Part shown: piece by piece, positions 13,441 through 27,100 of the stretch
How the letters are laid out: the number at the start of each line of letters is the position of its first letter
Position numbering within the stretch: the stretch's first letter is position 1
Assembly: GCA_002104945.1 (NCBI GenBank)
Contig: MCFH01000020.1
Span: 756,575 to 820,574, forward strand
DNA from: Piromyces finnis finn
Lineage: Eukaryota; Fungi; Neocallimastigomycota
DNA length: 64,000 nt
Direction: 5' to 3'
Translations under genes and position numbers: made by a program
Notes under the pieces: model-generated
Database searches by the model: none
What the model was told of the DNA's origin: nothing
What the model saw: only the letters and a program-made list of their open reading frames with translations

Positions 13441-16400
13441 ATGAGTAGTGGTAAAAGTCATAAATCTTCAAAAAAGACACCTTCTAAGAAGATGTCAGTA
13501 TATTCAATGGTACCAACTCTTTTTATTCTTGAACGGCCTAGTCCTTCAAAGTATTTAAATCCTTCACGGCCTATAAATAATCGTAATACTTTTTTTTTAT
13601 TATATTTAAAAATTACTAATTTAAGATTTTATTTATTTTATTAATATATTATATTTATTAATTTATATGTAATAAAATAATAATAAAAAATTTTTTTATG
13701 AATATGTTAAAAAACATATTTTATTAGAAAAATTACATCCACTTGCAGAATCATATACTCCTTCAAATGATGAAAATTTAATGGTAGATAAAAAGTTAAA
13801 TAAATCTAGTAGCATTGAAAACATATTTGGTGAATCAGAACAAAGTAGTTATAAATTAACTATTACATCCAATAATGATGAAATAGGTTCTTCTATTGGA
13901 AAAATTGATGGACATTTAAAAAGAAATTGTGGTTTAGAATTAACAAGTAAATAGTCAAAACTATTATAAGAAAGTGCTATAATAAAAGTTTTATAAAATA
14001 TTTCAAAAATAAAATATTAATATATATATATATTTTCACAAAACATATTATACTCATCATTATATCTATAATTATTAAAATGATTTATCTTTTATTCATC
14101 ATTGTTATATTATAAATTACTACATAAACATTGTTCAATGTTGTTGTTGTATTATAGTGGAAGAAAATAAAGATGAATTAGAAATTAATATAAAATTTGC
14201 AACAAGATGCCTTATTAGTTCTTTAAACATTGAGTTTTTAACAACTATTGGAAAACCAAAAAAATTATATACCCCTCGTTCAGCCAAAACATCTAGAGAA
14301 TTTTCAAAATGTATGATAGTAGAAGAACAGGAATCAAGTTCAGATAATTTCGTTGGTGGTGAAAAAGATACCGTAAAATTAAATACAAGAAAAAGAGTTA
14401 GTAAGGTTCCAACAATAGAAACAGATGATATACAAAATTCATCAAATTTAAATGATACACTCAACTCAATTGATGATCGTTTTAAAGATAAAAGTTTCAA
14501 TAGAAATTATAATCCAAGAGTTAGCAATTTACGTCATTCTCCTTCAAAATCCAATAAATCAGAAAGAGTATATGTTCCGTTAAATGATATTAATGATAAT
14601 ATTGAAGAAGATGATGAAGCTCAAGATACATTGGGTGAATTAAAATGTAATAATGATTGTATACCATTTCCATCATTAAGTCAAATAACATCCTTTGAAC
14701 CCAAAGTACCGCCGAATACTCCATCTGATGATGATAATGATACTATTCCTTTCCCATCTTCAAATACTAATATGGAAAAGACAGAATCTTTCCCATCTTC
14801 TAATTCTAGCAAAATTGAAGATACTATACCGTTACCATCATCAAATAATGAAGAAGATTCAATACCATTCCCATCTTCAAATAATGAAGAGAATTCTATT
14901 CCATTTCCAACATCTAATAATGAAGAGAATTCTATTCCATTCCCAACATCTAATAATGAAGAAAATTCTATTCCATTCCCAACATCTAATAATGAAGAAA
15001 ACTCAATACCATTTCCATCCTCGAATAATGAAGAAAACTCAATACCATTTCCATCCTCGAATAATGAAGAAAACACCATACCGTTCCCAACATCAAATAA
15101 TGAAGAAAACACCATACCATTCCCATCTTCAAGTAGTGAAGAAAATTCAATACCATTTCCTTCTTCAAACAATGAAGAAAATTCAATGTCATCATCATCT
15201 TCGAACAGTGAAGAAAATTCCATTCCATTTTCGTCTTCAAATACAAAATCTAATACATCAAATCTTAATCCACGTTCCAGTTCTGTTCCTAAACAAAAAC
15301 CTATATTAGAAAAGAAAATAAACGGTGGCAGAAAAGGAAGAAGAAGATCTATTAGTAGTCCACCACCACCCTTCCCTGATTTAAACACAACATTAAATCT
15401 TTCATCTAGTGACAATACAGAGAGTGATGTTCTTTGCCATTTACGTGATATTGATGTTCAAGTGACTTATATGAAAGGTTATTCATCCTATACTGTAAGT
15501 TTTAATTATTATATTATTTTTATTATTAGTATATATTAATTATTAATATGGAATTAATATATTAAATCAAAGTAAATTGAATTTTAAAATTAATTTATTA
15601 TTCTTTTTTTTTTTTTTTTTATATTTATAGCCTCAAGTAACACAAGTATCAAGAAATTTAATGAATTATGATAATAAGAATGCAGCAATGAAAGACAAGG
15701 AAACTAAAGTATTAATTTATGAATTCCGAATTATTGGTATAGCAGATGGTGTTAATATAAAAATTAAGAAAATTTTGGATCCTTTAGCTGAACCAGTAAA
15801 TGTTTGAGTTTATTTTCTTTCTTTTTTTTATATATGAATATCATTAAGCACACATAATATTAATGTATTAATAATCTTTATCCAAAATAGACAAGGTTAA
15901 ATCTTGACCCATTAAAATTAATTAGGATTGCTGGTGTTAATGTTTATGCATCTCCTCAACCGAAGATGGTAATGCCATTAATGAATATGGTATCTTATAT
16001 GGAAGTAAGTATATAATTGTATATTAAAATATAATAAATAAATAATTATAAAAATTAAATTAAATTATTTTTATTTTTTTTTCATCGAGATTAATAATCA
16101 TCCAAAAACAGATATCATAGATGCTCATATTTTATTAGGTTTAGCATTACATTCTTCACATAAAAGTGTTCAAGGCATTGAAATAATAAATAAAGCATTA
16201 GTAAGCATAATATAAATTTTAATATTAACCTTTAATATCACTATTTCAACTCATATTGATTTAATTTATTGTTTTGATTAGGATATTATAAAATATTTAT
16301 TAACTTCAGGAGAAGTCTTCAAACAATCTAATATGACATTTCATAGCCATTTAGCACAAACACCATATACTATAACATCAAAATCCGAAATATTTTTATA

Positions 16401-19400
16401 TGTATATTTTATTCATATTTAATAGTATTTTAATAACTCATAATATTGTAAAATTAGAATAATCCAGTTTTTAATATTTATTATTATATATATTCTTTAT
16501 ACACAAACAACTAATGTAGACTCTATCTCGAATGGCAAAATTAGAATCATTAATTGCAGAAATGGAATATGTTAGAACTAGAGAAAATGAATCAATTCCA
16601 CATTTTATAGAAATATCAAGATTATGGAAGTTTTACTTAAAGGCACAAGATTTTGATGACAAAAAAAAGATTGACGAAATCATCGTTCAAATATTTAAGA
16701 CACCAAAAGAATACGACCCACTATTAAGTCGATTATCTAGTCCTGCAGAAGTAATTTATAATCTACATAATTTACCAGATTTTTTCTTATTTGTCTTGAA
16801 TGATAATCGTGATCCAGCAATTTATTTTAGATCAATGAGTTTAAGTGCAATTCAATTTATTATTGATACATCAGGATGCAGGTAATATATATTATATCTT
16901 TATTGTTGTTTTAATTTTAATATTATTAATTTATGTATAAATTTATCACTTTTATTAATCATTATAATATCCTTAATTCTGTAAACAATTTAACAACAAC
17001 AATAACAATAGTGTTGGTTCAGAATATTCAAAAATTTGTCAACATTTATTTCTTAATTATTCATTATGGGATGATAATCAGCAATTAAATGATCAATCAT
17101 CAGATATTGATGATAATAGTAACAGAAAAAGTATTGAAAATACTCCATTAAGCATGACATTTGAACGTGGTGGTTGGATTAATCAACTTTTCTATGTATT
17201 AGAATCGTGTTATAAACTTATACCAGAATTCTCTAATGAAGTATTAAGAGAATTTATAGAAGAATGGGCTTTCCCTGCTGCGGTTGCATTAAACCGTACT
17301 CAAGGAGTAAATATAAATAAACACATAAAAATATCTTAATTTTTATCAAATAATTCGATTAACACATTTATATATGTTTATTTATATTTTAAAATATATA
17401 TAGGCAATTATTCAGCTTTATAGATTTTTATGTTCAGCCTTCCTAAATATTGAAGGTTATGATATTTTAATATCAAACCCATTTTTAGATGCTGTCATTA
17501 GTGATTTAATCGGAAATGGAACTTTAAGTATTGCCGCAGGAAGATTTTGGGCTGTTTTAGTCGAAAAGACTTTAAATATCCTTTTATATTATTATTATTA
17601 GTATTATTGTTATATCTAATATTTTATAAAATCAGTATTTAATAATTTGATTTTTTAGATTTAATAAAATTATTTCTTAACAAATATGTTTACCTGTTAT
17701 AGAAAAGCATAATACAGGCTTAATTCTTAAGTATGTTACAGATAGAATTTGCCAAATGTTATGTGATGAAACAAGCGTCATTGAAGGCGAAATTTGCCTT
17801 TTATTAGATATTATTTGCCGTATTGCCAGTAAGGTTAAAAATATAGAAGATGATCCATTAAAAGATGAAATTGCCTGTAGTTTTGTCACTGTATCTGGTG
17901 TGTTATTAGATACTTTTGAAATAAGTGTAAGCTTTTTCAGAATATAAATATCAATTATTTAGATAATCAAGGAGATATTTTAAATTTATCAATGATAATT
18001 AATAATTATTATGCATATGTATATAGATTATTGATAGATATCCAGATATGTTTGTTACTCTTTGGCAAACATTTAGACTATCTGTTGAAATTATACCTCA
18101 AAATTTCAAAGGTGTTGTCGCTCAAGCTATTGCGTCAGTACTTCGTAATTTTACAAAAAAATTAAATGGTAATTTTTTGTAATAGATGATATAACACATC
18201 TTATTTCAAAGATATAATAACCATTAAATACAATAAATAATTAATTCAATAAATAATTAATTTTTTTTAATAACTTCTTTTAGATTGTGCACCAACACCA
18301 AAAGCTACTAAAGCGTTATATAATATTTTGCGTTATATTCAACCAGACGATCAAATTTTACAGTTGGCTATAGAATTGTTACCACCATTTAGTCAGGTAT
18401 TTCATCCATTACTATTGTTAAGGATAAAATTAAAATAAAAAACATTAATAAAAGTATCTAATTTTTTACTTTGTCTTTATGTATATTTATATAATATAGT
18501 CCATACCACATAGTATAGATAGTCATCAATTAGATGTATTAAGAGAATTAGTCATTATAAGTTCAAAAGCAATTAAAGACAGAAAAATCATGGAGGAAAT
18601 GATTAATGCTTTATTTGATAAGTTTACTGTTCGAAGTGAAAACTTTGAAAGAACATTAAGATTCTTAGCATCTCTTACTTTGACAAGATTAACACCAACA
18701 GGTAGATACTTTAAAAATAAAGCAATATGGAAATTCGAATGGCTTGAATGGGTTTTAGAAATTTGTCTATTTGAAAATCTAATTCCAGAAGGAAGTAAAT
18801 TTTATAAAAAGATTTATTATTATTATTATACACAATTTTATTATAATTCTTTATTAATTTATCTTTTTATTTTGTAATATTATAATAAAAATCTTTATTA
18901 TTATTTTATATTAAAATAAAGTATTTTCATTGGATACTGTAAATGATTCAAAGGGATTAGAAACAACAAATCAATTATTCATTGAAAAATTAAAGTATTT
19001 AAAATCATTAATTTCCATATTGAAGCCATATCATGTTAAATTAAACTTTGAAACCATCAATTTAGAATCTTCATTTATCACCCGTTATAATGATATAGCT
19101 GGATGTTGTTTCTTATTATTAGGTCATCCAGATATTCATGTTATATGTTTAGCATACGAAATAATGGTTGGTATTTCAACAAACATTATAAGAATCAACT
19201 CCATTCGTAATTATCCAAATGATAAGTATGCTATCTCTTAATAATAAATAAATTTAAAAGTAATAATCAATGTATAACATTTTCTTTATTTATTTTATAA
19301 ATTAGTCTTCTTAACGTATTAGAATACTATCCAACCTTTTTAATTAAAACTTTAAAAAGATTCCTTCATGATAAAGAAATGGTTCTTTCTTGCTTAAGTG

Positions 19401-20905
19401 CTATCATCTGGATGTATCAAGTAGGCTTTGGTTTTATTTTACTAATTGGTATTTAATAATAAATATTATTTTTTATTCTAAACTTATTTTTATTACTTTT
19501 ACAATAATTGCACTATTAGACTCTTGGTGAGATAGAATTAACTGACGAAGAATATACCAAAATATACCCTGAATCATTGTGGGATGTATGCATAAATGTA
19601 CTAAAGAGTCCATTCCGTGAAACTTCAGCAAGATCTATTGATTTAATTAGCGTAATATTCAATTTCGTTAATATACAGGTAAAAAATTAGTTAACATTTA
19701 ATTTAAAGATTCTTTTTTTTTTTTTTTTTTTTTTTGAATGAAAATGTAAATAATGATTTTATTTATAATAAAAAAATATTTTTTTTAATATATTGTTATT
19801 AAAGTTATTATCCACAAGAGGATGGAAAGGAATTAATGTAATATTACTCTATCTACTTAACCATGGTTCATGGAAAAGACGTTTAACTGGAATAAAACTA
19901 CTGTATATCTTGGCTAGAAGATGGCCAACATACATTCATCCTCATGAAGATCTTATTGAAAGAACAAAAGAAGCTCATGAAAGAGTTATTGTCCTTCAAG
20001 GTAACTTTAAAATAATATAACATTTATTATAATTAAAAATAATAATTTTAAATATATATTATAATGGATAAATTTGATTAATTTTTTTTTACTATTAATG
20101 ATATACTATAGATGATGGTCGTGATGCTGTTAGAAATGCTGCAACACATCTCTTTTTAATGTATAATTCCTCTGATATTACAGAAATATCAGAATTATTA
20201 ATCGAGCCACCGGATTTAAAAATTATTCCAATATCTATGGTCCCTCAATTTGCTTTACCAGAAATTCCAAGTGAAGATGGTGTTATTAAATTGGCTCTTG
20301 ACTATCATGATGAATGTGAATCTCCTAATATATTTAATTTCTGTGATCATCCTAAACGTATTCCAAGTTACTTTGAAATTGATTTGGGTTATTATCAATA
20401 TGTTGAACCTCTTGATTTAGTATACGAATGTCCAGAAATTGATATAGCGTAAGCTTTTATATATATAATAGATTATTGTAGTAAGATTATTAACTTTTCT
20501 TCCCCTTTAATATGCTGGATATTATATTACTCATTATTATAGTAGTACTCCACAAACATTAAAAGAATTTACTGAATTTCCATCTGAAGAATTTTATATT
20601 AATTATATAATGGAAAAGAATAAGGTAAAAATTATAGGACACAACAATTTTTTTTTCAATATTTCAATTTTATTATATTATAATTATTAATTAATTTTTG
20701 CTATTTTTAATATTAGTTGAGATGGGTTATTTTGAATGAACCTCAAAATACAGTTGAACAAATAGAATATAATTCAGGGGAGGTAATAATGATACTTGTT
20801 AATTATAATATATCTTTTTTTTTTTTTTTTCACTTTAATTAAATTTTCTTAATATATATGAAATATATATAGAATATTGATGAATTTGATGAGTTCACTG
20901 AGTAA
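13441..20905 (+). CDS. Large uncharacterised protein with an N-terminal low-complexity/repeat region and a HEAT/ARM-like helical C-terminal part
   Basis: More than 20 exons. The junctions I checked join in frame from ATG 13441 to TAA 20903-20905, including one AT-AC intron. HEAT-like segments such as GSWKRRLTGIKLLYILA and DDGRDAVRNAATHLF. Family not recognised. Confidence 0.65.
14823..15254 (+). repeat. Coding minisatellite: 12 x 36-nt units encoding (S/T)IPFP(S/T)SNNEEN
   Basis: Directly visible in ORF 14157..15539, with further degenerate IPFP copies upstream. Units differ mainly at synonymous positions. Confidence 0.95.
17576..17693 (+). other. U12-type (minor spliceosome) AT-AC intron, 118 nt
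   Basis: 5' splice site ATATCCTTTT at 17576, branch site TTCTTAAC at 17674-17681, TAC 3' end at 17691-17693. Removal joins ...GAA AAG ACT TTA A|CT GTT ATA GAA in frame and skips in-frame stops at 17599-17601 and 17678-17680. Confidence 0.9.
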
Positions 20906-23900
20906 TTATTCATAAATGATAGTGAAATAAAATTTGTATAAATAAATAATAAATATCAACAATATTTTTTAATAATAGTTTTCTAAATGTTTTAGTATAA
21001 AAATCAATAAATAAAAGCAATCAACAGAACAATTTTTTTTTATTAATTATAATTTAAAAGTAATAGCAGTATTCAATCATTAAAATACATCAATATATTC
21101 ATATAAAAAGTTGAGTAACTATAAAATTATTATGTATAATAATATATTTTTCATAGCCAAAATTGGAAAATAATAATAACAATAACAATAATAAAAATGA
21201 ATCAGTATACTATTAATATAATAATAATGATAATAATAACAACGATAGCAACAACAATAACATTAATATAAAAATCAGAAATTTATTAAAACAATTATAA
21301 AAATTATAGAATTATATATATCAAACTATAAAAATTCTTTTTTAACACATTCATTTTTTTTTTTTTTTAAAGGAGAAATTGCAAAATTTTAATTCATAAA
21401 TATTTAAAATTAAAAAACTATCATTATAAAGTAAAATCATAGTATATATATTTATATGATAGTGTTGATATATTTTTTTAATTATTTAAATATAAATATT
21501 TTAGAATTCTTTCTAATTCTTATATATATGTAAATATATAAAGATACTAACATTTTAATAAATTATATAGTTTTATTAAATTAAATAATATTTTATTATA
21601 AATAATTATATATTTTCTAATTCATATATCATCGAATTTTTAAAAATATTGAAAATTGTATTAAATTTTTTAATAATTAAAATATCATAGAAATACATTT
21701 ATTTTAAAAGTTCCATTTTTAGGAAACATAATATTTTAAGTTTTTTACTAGTATATTATTTTATATATAATTAAAGTTAATTATAATATATAATATTATA
21801 TAAGTTTTTGTAGATATGTAACATTATTAATTAATATTAATTATTATATGTTTGAATTAAATAAATAAATAATATATACATCGTGTAACGTGTCAAAAAA
21901 TAATATTTTATATAGCATATTTTAAAACCGAAATATATAATAAAAAAAAACAATATTAAATAATAAATGAATAAATAAAATTATGTAACCATTAATAAAT
22001 ATGTTTTTTAATTAATTGAATAATTAAAATAAAAATTTAATTAATGAAACGTCTACCAAAAAAAGTGAAACGGTAAATAAGTTATATTCATTTTTAAAAG
22101 AAGTAAAGTTTTTCATAAAAAAAAAAAACGTGAAAAAAAGAAGGAATAAAATAGGATAGGATTTTTAAAATAAACATTTTTAACATATATTTTATTAATA
22201 ATTAATCATTTTAATCAAATTTATATTATTATTATTATTATTATGAATTAATATTTATCCTAAATTTTTGGAAGATTAATCCAAAAATTTTGGTCTGTGT
22301 AAATATTAATAAAAGAGGAATAGATAGTGAAAATAAAATTTAAGTATTACTGTATATTAGTGTTTTTTTTATTCTATCTATTATTATTATCTAAAATAAA
22401 TGTTATATTTTAAACTTTATTTATTATTTTTCTTTTTTGTTTCTTTTTGATGATGTGGTAAATTACTAATTATAGTAACAAATTGTGATATTAATTTATT
22501 TTTAATTTCTGTTAATTAACTAAAAAGTTTAATGAATGATTAAAAAAAAAATAAATGAATTAACAACAATTTAAATAAATTCATAATAATAAAATAATAG
22601 TATTATATTTATGAATATAATCTATGCATTAATATAAATATACATATATACATATACAACCAAAAACAACCTTTAAGTTTAACCCATTAATATATTATTT
22701 AATTGCTATATATAATATATTAATAATTTTATTTATATATGTTGTTCTATTATAAATTAATTATAATATATAGTTATAAACTTTAATATATATAAAAAAT
22801 TCCAATTCGTTTGAATAAATTAATTGATAGACTATTTAATAAAAAAATAATAAAAAATAATGGATTCATTTAATGATTATTGGAATAATTAAATTAAAAA
22901 TATTTAAAAATATATAAATATACATTGTAATATATAAATAAATACTATTCAATTATTAATATATAATATATTTTTTTATATGAGAGTTACCGTTAAAAGT
23001 TATAATATATTAAAATCCCTTAATGATTTAATAATAAAAAAAAAAGCATTTCCAATTTAATCTTTTTTTAATGTTTATAATATATAATAAATAAGATTAT
23101 AATTAATAAAAATTATTTACAAGATAATTTTTCTTTTAGAAGTTTTCTTTCTTAGGATTGTTAAAAAAGAAATATTAAATATAAAAACTATAGAACTAAA
23201 TTGAATATTAATTGTTTTTATATTGGAAATAACAATAAAAGAAAAAATATATCATATCATATCATCATTAATAGATAAAAAATAATCAATCATCAAAAAT
23301 CCTTTTATTAAAGTGTAAAAAAAGTTTTTCATATTACATTGTATAATTCAAAATATTATTTTGGAAAATAAATCAACAGAATGAATGTTTTTACAAAATG
23401 TTTCATTTGATTAAACTTTAAAATGTCAAATAGTAAAATTATTGTTATCATGTAAAAAAAAAAAAAAAAAAAGATTTTAAAAATCTAGTTAATTGTAAAT
23501 TAATTATTATTAAATATTTAATCAATTTAAAGAAAAATATAACATGTTATTTAAAGTAATGAAATTATATTAATTAATAAATTTTAAATTCAAATAATTT
23601 GTAATTAACACCATTCTTAAAAATAATATAATTTTAACATTAGATATGTATTATTAAACATAATTAATTTAATTATAACATTACTTAAATATTATTAAAG
23701 AAAACATTAATTATAATATATTGATTTTCCAGAGTAATATTCTAATAATTTCATAATATAATTAACATAATTATTAATATATATATTTTCTCATATTTAA
23801 TAATTTTAGGTGAACTTATAAACTTATTAATATCATAAATTATAATCAACATTAGAAATATTAATAATTATCAATATTAGAAATATATATTATATAAATA

Positions 23901-24199
23901 TAATTATTTATTTTTGAAAATGATAAATTGAATTTTTTTTAATACAAATTAAATTAATAAATTTGAATTCTTATTGTTATAACATTTCCAATATAATTTT
24001 AACAACAATCAAATATTTAGTTATCAGTCAAAATAAATCAAGCCTTTAATTTAATTTTAAATTGAATTTTTTAAATATTATTATTTAACTTTGTAGAATA
24101 TTTTTTTCTTTAATTTTTAATTTACATATATATTATATTCAGATATACAATATATTTTTTTTTATAAAAAAAAAAAACAAAAACTTGAAAATATAATAT

Positions 24200-27100
24200 A
24201 TGGCAGTAAGTTAAAAATAATTAAAATTTATTTAATAAAAAAAAAATAAAAAAATTATTAATAAAAATTATAAATTCACTATAATTAGTCATTTTTATCA
24301 TCTACAAGAAAGAAATTACTTCAAAAGATTGAAGACGATAAACAGCCTGTAAGTTTTTATATTTCAATATACTTTTTAATATTTCTTTTTAATTATGGTT
24401 AATAAAATTATTAAAAATTAAAATGATACCAAAAAATTTATTTTTATATAATAAGAAAAGTAAAAAAAGTTTAATTTTTTCGTATAAAAATAAAAAATTT
24501 TAATTTTATTGATATTTTTTCTTATAAAAAAAACAATATTTATTCAAATTTGATAACTAATGCTATTCTTTTTTTTTATATAAATTATTTATATATACAA
24601 ATATTTTCATAAATAAAATTGCTGGAAATATATATATATTTAAAAAATTCAATAACACATGAAATAAACATAAACTGATTTATAATAAATATTTTATCAT
24701 TGTTAATAAAAAATATTAAAATTAAATATTAAAAATTACACTTTTTTTAATACGACACAAAATAAAAACTTCAATATTGAAATTACTTTATTACAATTTT
24801 TATTATAATAATTATTGCTGAATTATTATAATACAAATATATGCTCTAACTATATAGCAAAAAAAATCGGATGAACCACAAAGTTTATCAAATCTTCTTC
24901 ACGAGATCGAAGACTTTAGCATTAATTTAAGTAATAGCAAAGAAGATAATTCAAAATCATACGATTATAACTCGCGTTCAAGAAATGAAATGTCAGAAAA
25001 ACGTGATAAAAAAATAGAAACAGAAAGAAGTGGACGAACAAGAGAAAGAGAGAGACATGGATATGATGATCATTCAAGGTCAAGGTCAAGACCAAAAGAA
25101 TCTCGTTCTAAAAGTAGACATCGTCGTCCATCTTCTCCTGGATCTAGAGATAAATCTAGAAGTAGGAAGGATATAGGAGAAAGAAGTAGAACATTAGATA
25201 GAATGGAAAGAGATAGAAGAGATAGAGAAGGTGAAAAAAGTAGAACAATTGATAGAGAAAGAAGTAGAACAATTGATAGAGAGAGAAGTAGAACACTTGA
25301 TAGAGATAGAGAGAGGGATAGGGATAGAAATAGAGAAAGAGATAGAGATAGAAGCGAAAGAAAAGCTATTCCTGATAGAAGTAAAACGCTAGATAGTGTA
25401 AGAGATAGAGACAGAGATAGAGATAGAGACAGAGATAGAGATAGAAGTAAAACTTTAGAAAGAGATAGAATGCGTAGAGATAGGACGCATGCAAGAAAAG
25501 CTTCTTCTCCAGCTGATATATCAATATTGAAAAACAAAAATACTAATCCAAATGATTTTATTGGCCCTCCTATAACAAATTCATCATCAAATGCAGAAAA
25601 TACAAGTGCTATAAAAGGTTATTCCCATGCTATTGCAACATTTCCAAGAAATACCTCATTATCAAAAATAAAAACAGATCAAACATCAAAAATTGATAAT
25701 AAAATACCATTCTCACCAGGTGTCACATCAAATAATGGTATGGATTCTTCATTTGCATTAAAAAGAAAAGATGATCCATTCCCATTATCTGCATCACCAA
25801 TATCTGCAGTAAATCCACATGAAGGTATATTTTTGTTTATTTTCAATAAGTAGAATATAAATTATAATTAAATTATAATTATAAATATAAAGTACATTAA
25901 TTATTATTATTTTTTTTTACATATTAAATAACTATTAATATTTTTATTACTAATAATTTTAATGAAACTATAGAGAGTCATTCTTCCGCAGAATCATCCA
26001 CTACTGCTGTTATACAAGAAAACAAACCAGTTTTTCCAACAAGATCAGAGAGTAAAGGATTTACAAGATCAAGGTCCCGTGCTAATACCCAAACTTCATC
26101 TGATAGTCGAAAGTAAGTGGAAAAATTTTATTCTATATATTAATATATAAATTATAATAAATTATAATTTAAAAATAAGAATATATAAATTAATTTTAAA
26201 ATCTTCATTTCCTATGGCAATAAATAAAATAATATTTTTTTTGATTTAATAATGAAGAGATGTAAGTAATATGTCATTATCAGAAATGAAAAGTGCATTA
26301 TTAAAGGATCCAAAAAAATTAGGGGGACCAGCATCATTATTAGCTGCATTAAAAGTTGGAGATAAATATCATATGTATAAAAATGAAGATACCATTAATC
26401 CAAGTTTTAATATTCAAAAAGATAAAGATTTAATGAAAGAATTATTAGAAAATGTATTTACTCAATCAACAAATTGTTATATATTAAAGAAGGAATCATT
26501 TGAAATAATTCAAGACAAAATAAAAAGATATACTGATCAAATTTCATCTATAAAATCGAAATTACAAAGTGAATCTAGTATCCAAGAATCTGTTATTAAT
26601 ATTGTAAAAAATGGATCAAAAGATTCACAAACTCAAAAAACAGCAAAAGAAAAATTATCCTCTACAAATAGAAAATTGGATAAATTAGCTGCAGATTTAT
26701 TCAAAACAAATGATAAATTAAGAATTGCACAAAATGATTATTTTTCACATATTGTTGGTGTATATAATTGGGAAGTGGAAAGAATGAGACAATCAAACAA
26801 AGGTTTTGCATTAAGTAATGATGATATGATTAGAAGATTAAAACAAGAATTAGAAGATCATGTATATATTATAAATGAACAAAAAGAAGATTTAGATGCA
26901 TCAAAGGCATTAATTTTGCAGTTACAAGCACAATTAGAGTTAAAGAAACAAGATTCTAATGATAATATGAGTACTCTAGATAGAAAAAATATGGATGAGA
27001 TTCGTCAACAAATAAAAGAATTAGAAAAACAACGTATTGAGATTAAATCCTTAGAAAATAAATTTAATGAATCATCTACTGTTGCTTCACCAACAAATTC

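Noticed and set aside
14135-15415. Antisense and alternate-frame ORFs (14135..14500, 14681..15415, 14695..15309, 14986..15246)
   Set aside because: Shadows of the coding minisatellite and its exon. The same applies to 25070..25537 and the short ORFs overlapping the long coiled-coil and PH genes.
16967-16978. ATATCCTTAAT inside an intron of the large gene
   Set aside because: It lies within an ordinary GT-AG intron (about 16882-17031) that already restores the frame, and there is no matching AC/branch geometry.
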